DNA of 64,000 bases from Nitrospira sp. GTDB taxonomy: Bacteria; Nitrospirota; Nitrospiria; Nitrospirales; Nitrospiraceae. The stretch's first letter is position 1; every line of letters begins with the position of its first letter. The stretch covers positions 5,566 to 69,565 of the forward strand of contig JALDRG010000016.1 in assembly GCA_031315995.1 (NCBI GenBank), written 5' to 3'. This document shows positions 1-8,942 of this stretch, piece after piece. The position numbers and the translations under genes were made by a program. The notes beneath the pieces were generated by a model. That model did not search any database. It had not been told where the DNA came from and was given only the letters and a program-made list of their open reading frames with translations.

Positions 1-1
1 C

Positions 2-322
2 GAAGGGACAGGCGGCGGTCGGGAAGAGGGAGAGATGTCGATGTCCATTTTCCAACGTCGCCAATTCGGCGTCGCTGATGCAGTCGTCCCCGGGGATGTT
101 GAGCGGCTGAATCGCAGTCTCGTCCTCCTCCACATCCAGGTTGATCCCCGCATCATTGAAGACCGTCTCCAATGTCACCGACTGCCCATTGACCGTCTGG
201 GAAGGAGGGAACGCCGTTCCCGTCATGCGGTCGAACTCAAGGGATGCGCAGGAGACCAGCAGGCAAGACATGATCGGAACCACTATCGCGGAGAACAGAC
301 GAACTGTGGGGAGCACAACCAT
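2..322 (-). CDS. Putative lipoprotein, N-terminal part (runs off the window edge)
   Basis: Not in the ORF track. Manual translation from ATG at 322: MVVLPTVRLFSAIVVPIMSCLLVSCASLEFDRMTG..., open to the edge. GGAGG RBS just upstream; lipobox LVSC. Confidence 0.7.
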   Translation of the reverse strand, partial: MVVLPTVRLFSAIVVPIMSCLLVSCASLEFDRMTGTAFPPSQTVNGQSVTLETVFNDAGINLDVEEDETAIQPLNIPGDDCISDAELATLENGHRHLSLFPTAACPF

Positions 323-792
323 GGGGACCTCCGGAAGAGGAACGATCCTCGTGGCGATCCAGGCCTGTATCATGAACCGCGTCCCTCCGTGGACAGAGAG
401 CAGTCGAACGAAGGCTACGCCTTGCCGATCAGGCTGTCAATCGGGAGCGTCGCCTGTGGACGGCATTCTGTTCTCCGCGACAGTGGCCTGCGTAGCGAAA
501 CCGGCGATGTGATGGATAGATGGAGAAGAGTCGCTGCAGTCTGGACGGGGAACCAGTCTCGTCAATCACGCGATGATCCACATCGCTCCTGGTCGAGCGG
601 CGCATCTCACCACCGGCAAGAAAATTTTCGCTTTGCACGTCCATCCTCCCGGCGAACATGGACAACGCGCACGTTTCTCCATTATTCTGCTGAGCCGTCG
701 ATCCGGGCATTCGGTTGCCGACGGCTGCAGAAACGCATTCCCAATGGATTTACCTAGTTCCATAATTCATTACGCGAGAGTACTATTCGCAC

Positions 793-1503
793 ATGAACGC
801 GTTCGATACGGCGATTCTGCAGTTCTTCAATCAATTCGCCGAACGGTCGTGGACATTTGACAGCCTGATGGTGCTGATCGGCGATACCGATTGGCTCAAG
901 GGGTATTTGATCCTCCCGCTCCTCTGGTGGGCCTGGTTTCGCCGAACGACGTCGGACGAGGATCGACGCAGGGTGCTGCTCACCCTGTGCGCGGCCTTAT
1001 CGGCGCTGGCCATCGCGCGATTGCTTCAACTCATGTTGCCCTATCGGGCCAGGCCGCTTCATACCGCCGAGCTCCATTTCACACTGCCCTATTCTTTTCC
1101 GACCGACTATCTGGCTGGATGGAGTTCGTTCCCTAGTGATCACGCCGCCCTGTTTTTTTCGCTTGCCGCAGGCCTCTTGTTCATCTCTCCGGTCATCGGA
1201 GGCCTGGCGCTGCTGCACGCGGGCCTGATCGTCTCGCTTCCCAGAATCTACCTGGGGCTTCATTACCCAACGGATTTACTCGGAGGGGCCATACTGGGAG
1301 TGACCACGATGGTCCTGGTCTGGAGATTTCGATCAGCCTTGCACCCAGTGGTGGAGCCGGCGTTGACCTGGAGCCGAGCCAGTCCGCAATTTTTTTATCC
1401 GGCATTTTTCATCCTCACCTCAGAGCTGGCGCATCTCTTCAAAGACACACGGTGGGTGGCCGAAACTCTCTGGCACATTGCCAAACCCCTCTTGTCGCGA
1501 TAG
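793..1503 (+). CDS. PAP2-family membrane phosphatase (undecaprenyl-pyrophosphate phosphatase-like)
   Basis: PAP2 motifs RARP, SFPSDHA and RIYLGLHYPTD; several hydrophobic segments. Confidence 0.9.
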   Translation: MNAFDTAILQFFNQFAERSWTFDSLMVLIGDTDWLKGYLILPLLWWAWFRRTTSDEDRRRVLLTLCAALSALAIARLLQLMLPYRARPLHTAELHFTLPYSFPTDYLAGWSSFPSDHAALFFSLAAGLLFISPVIGGLALLHAGLIVSLPRIYLGLHYPTDLLGGAILGVTTMVLVWRFRSALHPVVEPALTWSRASPQFFYPAFFILTSELAHLFKDTRWVAETLWHIAKPLLSR

Positions 1504-1707
1504 CAGCCGAACCCGTCACGAACCCGCTGCATACGGCTCCTTCCAAGCTTGTTTCCCTCCATTCTCCAGCAATGACACCCATGCTGGGCCCCCTGCGCGC
1601 GTCGAACAGGGGACGTTCCGCGAGGTCCGCAGCGCGAAGACTAATGCGCGCCACGTGTATCAACGCCGGCGAGACGGTGAGCCAGGCTGGTCTTCCAGGA
1701 TGCCCTC

Positions 1708-2493
1708 CTAAAATCCCACCGAAACCCCAACCGTCCCTAGTAACGCCGCACGATCCGCCGGCCCGACGAATTCGGTGCCGAGCCCGCCGTCCAAGACGAC
1801 GCGCGAAGTCAATTGGTGACGAATCCCTATCTCGACACCGGTATGGTTGGTTTGTCCGCGCAGATCGGATTGGCGGGTATAGACACTGGCAATCAGCGTG
1901 TCGCGAAAACTCATGGGGTAGCCCAACGGATAACTGACGGCTGCGACGGCGCGATAGGCGCCAGGCCGCTCCTGCCCTTGCGGCGAGCCGATCACGGTAT
2001 AACCGGCATTGAGATGCACGCGCAGCCGCCCGAACGAACGGGTCAGGATGCCGGTGAGTTGTGTATCCACGCCCGTGGAATTTACCCCGGTGGGCAGGTC
2101 CGCCTCAACTCGAACCGCGAACGCCGGCAGCGTCAGCGTTTCCGTATTGAAATTGTAGAGCACCCCCAGGTGCAGGTCCCCGGACTTATTGGCACCCACG
2201 AGTGAACGAGGTTCGGTAAACAGATCACCCTGGATCTCGATCTGCGTGTTGTCGAAGGCGCCATAGATGATCTGGGGTTGGAACGTGACGCGCGTACGGC
2301 CCTCGCGTCGATCGTTGAAACGCACACCGCCTTCCAGACCGATTTCACCCTTCGGAATGGCATAGGCGTCTTCCATGCCGATCGGACGGTTAGGATCGAG
2401 GTTGTCGTGGTCCAAGGCCGATACCGGCGAGAGCGGCAGGGCCAAGAGCGCCACCACCATGAGCTGAATGACTCGCCGCAGGTCCCTACTCAT
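1708..2493 (-). CDS. Outer-membrane beta-barrel protein (transporter / MetA-pathway-like family)
   Basis: Signal peptide ending VSA, alternating amphipathic strands, C-terminal VSVGF. The family name is tentative. Confidence 0.72.
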   Translation of the reverse strand: MSRDLRRVIQLMVVALLALPLSPVSALDHDNLDPNRPIGMEDAYAIPKGEIGLEGGVRFNDRREGRTRVTFQPQIIYGAFDNTQIEIQGDLFTEPRSLVGANKSGDLHLGVLYNFNTETLTLPAFAVRVEADLPTGVNSTGVDTQLTGILTRSFGRLRVHLNAGYTVIGSPQGQERPGAYRAVAAVSYPLGYPMSFRDTLIASVYTRQSDLRGQTNHTGVEIGIRHQLTSRVVLDGGLGTEFVGPADRAALLGTVGVSVGF

Positions 2494-3442
2494 GGTGATG
2501 TTCCCGACTCTTTCCGAGGATCATCGGATTCGTCTCGTCGGCGCTTGCCAGGTAATAGGCATCCAGCACTCGATAGATTTCGGCCCGCTTGGCGTCCCAC
2601 GTCGGGAGCAGCTCACTGGTGAGAATATCGCTGATGTTGTCGTGCAGCATGTGCAGGTTGTCGAAGATGTTCGCGAGCTCCGGATACCGGGCCGCGAAGA
2701 TGGGACTCAATTCCGCCGTGAGCGGCATGAAGGTCCACGCGACCGGTGGCTGATCGAGATAATGGCGATAGGTCGCGAGAATCGGCCGCACCGCTTGCGT
2801 CTTTGCGGCCAGATCACGCGCCGACTGCAACGGATCGTACACGGCCACCTGCAGATAGTGGTAAGACCAGATGGTCGCATTGAAGAGGGGGAAGCGTGTC
2901 CTGAATGCTTTGGAATAGGCAAACTGGTCCAGGCGACGGTGATTCAACCGCTTGGACGTGATGGCGTAGGCGCTGTCCTGGTAATAGGCCAGCACATCAC
3001 GGATCGCGCGATCCTTGTCCGCCTCCGTCGACACGACAATGTCGTAGGTGGCGCGGTGCAAGGCATGCGCTTCATCGAACGTGTTCTGCGCGCGCCAGGC
3101 CAGCTTCATATAGGTCGGCGCAATCGCTTCCTCGTTCGGATTCAGCCGGGGTTTCGTCGCGATAAACGCCAACGTCTCCTGGCGAGCCTTGTCCTCAATA
3201 GCAGACACGTCGTTCCCGCCGGTGAGCAGTAGGTGTTCGTACAGATTCGAATGGCCGAAGTCGACACCGTTAAACTCGCTGTCGAGTTCGGCCAGATCGT
3301 CCCGTAACGAGAAGTTCCATAGCGCCCGGTAATAGAATCGTTTGTCGCGCGGTTCGAACTGGCTGCAGGCCGCGAGCCCAAGAACGATCGTGGCTATGAC
3401 CGCGATCGCCGTGCACCGCATGAAGGCATCGATATTCATCAT
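2486..3442 (-). CDS. His-rich helical lipoprotein of unknown function, putative metal-binding
   Basis: Start re-called at MMNIDAF (3442). Lipobox LAAC; motifs DFGHSNLYE, EAHALH, YHYLQ, DNLHMLHD; tail EHHHE. Overlaps the downstream barrel gene by 8 nt. Confidence 0.7.
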   Translation of the reverse strand: MMNIDAFMRCTAIAVIATIVLGLAACSQFEPRDKRFYYRALWNFSLRDDLAELDSEFNGVDFGHSNLYEHLLLTGGNDVSAIEDKARQETLAFIATKPRLNPNEEAIAPTYMKLAWRAQNTFDEAHALHRATYDIVVSTEADKDRAIRDVLAYYQDSAYAITSKRLNHRRLDQFAYSKAFRTRFPLFNATIWSYHYLQVAVYDPLQSARDLAAKTQAVRPILATYRHYLDQPPVAWTFMPLTAELSPIFAARYPELANIFDNLHMLHDNISDILTSELLPTWDAKRAEIYRVLDAYYLASADETNPMILGKSREHHHE

Positions 3443-3557
3443 GCTCGTCTTTCCTTCGGCATCGGGCTCGTGGCAGTGCCGCCCATGCACCAACCCATGT
3501 CCCTGTGCGTGGTAGTCTCCGCCGTTCACCACTCCAGACGGAGCGAGGCGAGAATTA

Positions 3558-3851
3558 TTACACGATGCTGACAATTATTTTCGCACGAACCGGTAGGCGG
3601 GAGAACGAGTCGTAGATGCGGGTCACGCACCTGTGTATGACGTAGAGCCCGCAGGTGCGCTCGAGGCTGGCCCGCAAGGCCCGGCGGGCGCGATAGAGAC
3701 GCACTGTGAGGTTGTTCGACGCCACCTGAAAGTCCATCGCCACCGAGGCGGGGGATTCGTCCTGGAAGCCAAGACGCCGGAGCAGGTCCGCCTGGGCGGG
3801 TCGAAGAGTGGGCATCAGTCGGTGCAGGCAGACGGGCGAAAAGTCTTGATC
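3558..3851 (-). pseudogene. 5'-truncated ECF sigma factor remnant (region 4 plus degenerate Cys-rich tail, CorE-like)
   Basis: Frame reads CLHRLMPTLRP...NNLTVRLYRARRALRASLERTCG...HRC. In-frame TGA at 3852-3854 upstream; no region 2. Confidence 0.6.
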
Positions 3852-3915
3852 TCAACCTTTGAGACATGCTTGACTACTCATGCTTCTGCATCCTGTTCTT
3901 TGATGGAGGGTTTGC

Positions 3916-4419
3916 ATGCCGCGTGGAATTCTTCGAACGCTCTGTGGTCTCCTTCTGCTGTTCGCACCGGTCTCGTCCCAAGCCGCCGACACGCCCGATA
4001 CCAGCTTGAGTCCCTTAAAATTCCTCGTCGGCGAATGGAAGGGGGCCGATGCGGAAGGGAAGGCCCACAAGATCGCCTTCGCGCTCAGTTCGGGAGGCAC
4101 CAGCCTGACGGAAACGCTCACCCCGCCGGACAGCCCGGCGATGACGACCATGTACTACAGCGACGGCGACCAACTGATGTTGACGCACTATTGCTCCCTC
4201 AATAACCAGCCACGCATGCGCGCTGCGGCAATCAAGGAGGGAGACAAGACCGTCACCTTCGGCTTCGTGGATGCCACCAATCTCAAGAACCCAACCGATG
4301 TGCACATGCGCCAGCTCTCGATCGAAGTCAAAGATCACGACCACTTCATCCAGACCTGGATCTTGAGCAAGGCCGGCAAAGACGTGCCGAAAACGTTTAC
4401 GTTCGAGCGCGTGAAGTAA
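3916..4419 (+). CDS. Exported conserved hypothetical protein (DUF1579/lipocalin-like beta fold)
   Basis: Signal peptide ending SQA; LKFLVGEWKG and LMLTHYC...NQPRM motifs; GGAGG RBS. Confidence 0.65.
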   Translation: MPRGILRTLCGLLLLFAPVSSQAADTPDTSLSPLKFLVGEWKGADAEGKAHKIAFALSSGGTSLTETLTPPDSPAMTTMYYSDGDQLMLTHYCSLNNQPRMRAAAIKEGDKTVTFGFVDATNLKNPTDVHMRQLSIEVKDHDHFIQTWILSKAGKDVPKTFTFERVK

Positions 4420-4823
4420 CTCGTGCACCGATCGTAGGCAACCCTCGCTTCATCCATCGAACCCACGTCACTGCTTCCGTCGGTCGTTTCTCTCCAACAC
4501 ACGTGACCTGCCATCGCCCCTCACATCCTGCATGATGAGAGGCGGGCGGCCCTCATTGCGGAACAAACACGCAGGAGATATCGTGAGCGAGCTGAATCGT
4601 TTGCGAGACCGATGCTTTATGGCGGAACAGGCCGCCCAATGAGCGATGTCACTCTATTCTAGGTAGATCGTTGACGTAGCGCCGATGAGGAACGATCAGA
4701 TGTCCAAGTGCAGGATCGCCTTGGCCGGCATGATGCGCAGTGGCATGGTGGATGAGCGGGGATTGAGATGGGCAAAGAGGCTTCGAATCGTGAAGATCTC
4801 CATTGACGGAAACTCGCCCGTCC

Positions 4824-6095
4824 TCACCTTGGAAGGGGAACCGACGGGTCGTCGCTTGCTCCCCCCACAGACGTCTTGAGCCGAATCGTGCACCAAAAAG
4901 TCGACCCCTGTCCGAGGGTACTCTCGACGCCCACTGTCCCGCCCATCAACTCGGCCAATTGCTTGACAATGGCCAACCCCAACCCCGTGCCGCCGTATTT
5001 CCTCGTCATGGACCCATCCGCTTGCGAAAAGGCGTTCCACAGGCGAGCCTGCGCAGCCGGCTCCATGCCGATCCCGGTATCCTTCACTTCGAAACCGAGA
5101 GTCGTCTGTCCGTCGAACTCCTCCACGACAGTGACGTGCAGGACGATTTCTCCACGCTCTGTGAACTTCAATGCATTTCCCAGGAAGTTCACCAGGATCT
5201 GCCGTATGCGGACAGGATCTCCCCCGTAGTGATTGGAAAGGGAGTCCGGCAGGACACACTTCAAGACCACGCCCTTGGACGCCATCGGATGAGAAAACAG
5301 ATCGATTGCATCTTTCACCACCTGACGAAGATCGAACGGAACATTTTCGATCGTCAGCTTGCCGGCTTCGATCTTTGAAAAATCGAGGATGTCATTGATG
5401 ATTTGGAGCAGCGCCGCGCCCGAGCGTTGAACGGTTTCGGCATACCGGCGTTGTTTGTCGCTCAGGGGTGTCAGCAAGAGCAGCTCGTTCATGCCGAGGA
5501 TGCCGTTCATCGGAGTCCTGATTTCATGACTCATATTCGCCAAAAATTGCGATTTCGCCAGAGTCGCGGCCTCCGCAGCTTCCAATCGCGCTTTCACCTG
5601 TTGCGCGAGATTCCACTTTCTGGTCAATGAGGTCGCCAACTGCGACACTTCGACGCTGGAAAATGGTTTATTCAGAATCAAGAGGCGATCGTCATGTCCG
5701 AGTCGATGCACGATCTCCTCCCAGGGATGGTCCGTATAGGCCGTGCAAATAACCGTTTGAATATCAGGATCGACCTCCCAGAGATGCTCAATGGTCTGCA
5801 ACCCGTCCCAGCCCGGGGGCATGCGCATATCCACGAAGGCCACCGCATACGGCCGCCCTTCAGCACGAGCCATCTGCACCAGGGTGAGCGCGGACTGCCC
5901 CTGCTCAGCGCAGTCCAGTTCGAACCGTCCGAGCGCCCGCATGAGCGGCGGCGCGCCGAACAAGGCCGCCCGCGCTTGGTCGAGGCTCTCATCCCCGGCG
6001 CTTGCTTGAAGGATTTTTTGAAAGTCCTCGTGGATGGACTCGTTGTCGTCGATCACTAAGATCCGACGGTTTTCAGCAAGGGAACCCATGGTCAC
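4824..6095 (-). CDS. Hybrid response regulator / histidine kinase (REC-HisKA-HATPase)
   Basis: REC (VIDD, FVDMRMPPGWDG, KPF); H-box FLANMSHEIRTPMN; N, G1, F and G2 boxes (GNALKFT, DTGIG, GGTGLGL). Confidence 0.92.
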   Translation of the reverse strand: MTMGSLAENRRILVIDDNESIHEDFQKILQASAGDESLDQARAALFGAPPLMRALGRFELDCAEQGQSALTLVQMARAEGRPYAVAFVDMRMPPGWDGLQTIEHLWEVDPDIQTVICTAYTDHPWEEIVHRLGHDDRLLILNKPFSSVEVSQLATSLTRKWNLAQQVKARLEAAEAATLAKSQFLANMSHEIRTPMNGILGMNELLLLTPLSDKQRRYAETVQRSGAALLQIINDILDFSKIEAGKLTIENVPFDLRQVVKDAIDLFSHPMASKGVVLKCVLPDSLSNHYGGDPVRIRQILVNFLGNALKFTERGEIVLHVTVVEEFDGQTTLGFEVKDTGIGMEPAAQARLWNAFSQADGSMTRKYGGTGLGLAIVKQLAELMGGTVGVESTLGQGSTFWCTIRLKTSVGGASDDPSVPLPR

Positions 6096-6132
6096 TCATA
6101 TCTTTCTACCCGCGGCAACGGGATTTCCATCG

Positions 6133-7008
6133 TCATGGACGATCTCCTGTCCGAGTATCGCGTGCTCGATCAGCCATAAACTCGTGCATGTCCTTGATGA
6201 GGGCCAGAAGATCTTGGGCGCATCTTCGCAGGATCATCGTATGCTCTCGTTGCTCAGGATTGAGCGGGCTGTCGAGCAAGAGACTCACCTTGCCGACCAG
6301 TTCATTCATGGGCGTGAGAAGCTCATGGCCCATGATCGCCAAAAACTCTTCTTTCTCACGGAACACTGCCGCGGCATCGCCTAGATTCTGATCTTCAACA
6401 GTCTGTGCGATCCGTCGGACGATGTTTTCTTGAAGACGGTCGTTCGCTTCCTGCAACTCGACCGTTCGCTGGCTCACGCAGTACGCGAGGCTATTCATCT
6501 GCAGCTTTACCGAACGCGTCAGATTCCATTTTTTCGTAAGCGAATGGGCCAGCTGAACAACCTCGATGCTGTTGAATGGTTTCATAAGGATGAGCAGCTT
6601 ATCGGTGCTTCCGATTCGGCGACTCACGTCTTCCCACGGATGATCGGAATAGGCTGTGCAAATGACGATTTCAAGATCAGGATCGACATACCACAGATGT
6701 TCGATCGTTTCGAGGCCATCCCATCCCGGCGGCATACGCATGTCCACGAAAGCCATCGCGTAAGGGGAGCCCTCTCGTTGAGCACTCTGGAGCAAACCGA
6801 GCCCTTTTTGCCCTTGGTCCGTGAAGTCAACCTCATACCTCTCTTGAGACAGGACACTCGGCGGCTCTCCGAACAGGGCCACCCGAGCCTGATCGAGCGA
6901 GTCAGAATCTTTCGGCGGGGCAAGGATCTTACGAAAGTCCTCATGGATGGACTCGTTGTCGTCGATCACCAGAATCCGCCGATTGTCGATCGTCTCGTCG
7001 CGCTTCAT
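6133..7008 (-). CDS. Response regulator with coiled coil and truncated HisKA (no ATPase domain)
   Basis: REC domain is a close paralog of 4824..6095. C-terminal FLAIMGHELLTPMN, then a stop with no HATPase_c. Confidence 0.85.
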   Translation of the reverse strand: MKRDETIDNRRILVIDDNESIHEDFRKILAPPKDSDSLDQARVALFGEPPSVLSQERYEVDFTDQGQKGLGLLQSAQREGSPYAMAFVDMRMPPGWDGLETIEHLWYVDPDLEIVICTAYSDHPWEDVSRRIGSTDKLLILMKPFNSIEVVQLAHSLTKKWNLTRSVKLQMNSLAYCVSQRTVELQEANDRLQENIVRRIAQTVEDQNLGDAAAVFREKEEFLAIMGHELLTPMNELVGKVSLLLDSPLNPEQREHTMILRRCAQDLLALIKDMHEFMADRARDTRTGDRP

Positions 7009-8921
7009 GCGGCAGCCTCTGCCACGGTCAATGGAAGATCGAGTGTGAACGTGGCGCCACGTCCTTCTCCCGCGCTCTGCGCGAGTATGGCTCCGCCAAG
7101 ATTCTTGGCAGAGATGGCGGCACTATGCAGACCAAGACCGTGACCGGCATTTCTTGTAGTAAACCCCTGGGCAAACAGGCGTGAGATGTGCTCCGCCTTG
7201 ATGCCGCTCCCGGTATCGGACACCTCCAATCGCACCAGTCCTCTGCGGTCGGCGGGCAACTGGATTCTGACCGTGAGGCAATGCGAGTTCGCTGGATATT
7301 CGACCATGGCGTTCTTTGCGTTGGTGATCATATTCACCAGGATCTGAAGCACTTGGTGCCGATCCGTCACAATGGTCGGAGCCTTGGCATACTCCCGCAC
7401 GACTCGGATCCCATACTTTTCCGGCTCGGGCATCCCCATCATCAAGGCTTGCTCCATCAACTCTTCGACCACCGCTGTCTCACGAATGCTCCCCGAGTGG
7501 GCGATATCCTGCTGCGACAGAACCACGTGTTTAATATGGTCGACTTTTTTCACGAGGGAGTCGAGTTCGGCCTGGATGGTCTGGTGGCTCCCACTCAGGG
7601 ACTCGGCCACCAACCCCAGGTAAGAGGGAATCTGCTTTCCCTTCGGATCTTGCGTTAAGAACGTCTGCAAATTGTTCTGGTGCTCGTGGAACAGCGACGC
7701 GATTCGGCACACATCCCCGACCATCGGCTTCTTGAGGGTCTTTAACAGGGTATCGGTCGAAACGTTGATACTATTAAGCACATTGCCGACGTTGTGCAGC
7801 ACGCTCGATGCCACATCCGCCATCCCGGCCCGGCGGGACGCTTGCATGAGCTGCTGATGAAGTTCTTCCCGCTCCGCCTGGGCCTTTTTCCGCTCGTTAA
7901 TCTCACTGTGGAGATTCGCATTGGTGGTTTCGAGTTCCTCGTTCTTGTGCATAATCTGGGCGCGGGATGCTTCTAATTCCGTATTTGCGTCTCGGAGTTG
8001 GGAATTCGCTTGATCGAGTTCCGTGACATCATGGAAGGAAACCATGACCCCTCGGAGGGCCTCACGATCATCCAGGATCGGCGAACTCGTCACTACAAAT
8101 CGCCTGACCTCTCCATCCCCCTTACGCAATTCCAGCGGCAGGGCCGGAGCGGCTCGTTTGTGCTTACGGGCCATGATCCAAGGCAGTTCCGGTTCCACGG
8201 CGTTCGACCTGCCGGCTTCCCACGGAAACTCACAGAGATCATGCCCCATCAACGCATCTGGTCCCGCTCCGACACGGTCGCCGAACATCTTGTTCGCCAA
8301 TACGATCCGATCCTGCGGATCCACCAGCACCACGCCTACCGGGAGCACGTCGAGTGCGTTCCTCACTCGGTCAGGCACCACGGAGGAAGGATCCAGTTGC
8401 CTGAGCGTCCGTTTCATGAATGTCAGATACCCCAGATAGCCGCAGACAGCCATGAGTGCGAGAAACTGTATCCAGGGGTCCTGCACAATACCGCCGGCGA
8501 GAGACTCGGAGAGCGGACGGAACGCGACCTCCAGCGTCCCCCACCGGGACTCCCCGTTCATGATGGGTACCTGCACCTGATCAAAGGTCGATTCATCGCC
8601 CGGTCGCCTCACCCACTCTTTCTGGTGTTCTCCTGCCTGAGACAGTACCTGTCCATCGGCACGTCGCAGCGCCACGGATCGGATTTGGTCATTGCGCTCG
8701 ACCAATGCCTGCATGGTGATCTGCATGGTCTCTATCTCAGTCCGTTCCGCGAGTTTGGAGTACTGCACCGCCAGAACCTCGGCGAGAGATCGACGGTACC
8801 AGAGCGCGTCTTCGCTCTGGTCGGGCGCCACCTTCAGCAGCACATTGCCCACCATCATGAGGCTGAGCGTGAGGGACACCAACCCGAACGAAATCCATAT
8901 GATCGGCGAACCACGTTTCAC
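7005..8921 (-). CDS. Membrane PAS-domain sensor histidine kinase
   Basis: Two hydrophobic helices around an extracytoplasmic domain; PAS (GVVLVD...LAN); H-box SVLHNVGN; DTGSGI and GHGLGL boxes. 4-nt overlap with the next gene. Confidence 0.92.
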   Translation of the reverse strand: MKRGSPIIWISFGLVSLTLSLMMVGNVLLKVAPDQSEDALWYRRSLAEVLAVQYSKLAERTEIETMQITMQALVERNDQIRSVALRRADGQVLSQAGEHQKEWVRRPGDESTFDQVQVPIMNGESRWGTLEVAFRPLSESLAGGIVQDPWIQFLALMAVCGYLGYLTFMKRTLRQLDPSSVVPDRVRNALDVLPVGVVLVDPQDRIVLANKMFGDRVGAGPDALMGHDLCEFPWEAGRSNAVEPELPWIMARKHKRAAPALPLELRKGDGEVRRFVVTSSPILDDREALRGVMVSFHDVTELDQANSQLRDANTELEASRAQIMHKNEELETTNANLHSEINERKKAQAEREELHQQLMQASRRAGMADVASSVLHNVGNVLNSINVSTDTLLKTLKKPMVGDVCRIASLFHEHQNNLQTFLTQDPKGKQIPSYLGLVAESLSGSHQTIQAELDSLVKKVDHIKHVVLSQQDIAHSGSIRETAVVEELMEQALMMGMPEPEKYGIRVVREYAKAPTIVTDRHQVLQILVNMITNAKNAMVEYPANSHCLTVRIQLPADRRGLVRLEVSDTGSGIKAEHISRLFAQGFTTRNAGHGLGLHSAAISAKNLGGAILAQSAGEGRGATFTLDLPLTVAEAAA

Positions 8922-8942
8922 GATCTACAGGCTCCTTCCGGC

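Noticed and set aside
35-757. 240-aa plus-strand ORF
   Set aside because: Exact antisense frame of the minus-strand lipoprotein, which has the RBS and lipobox.
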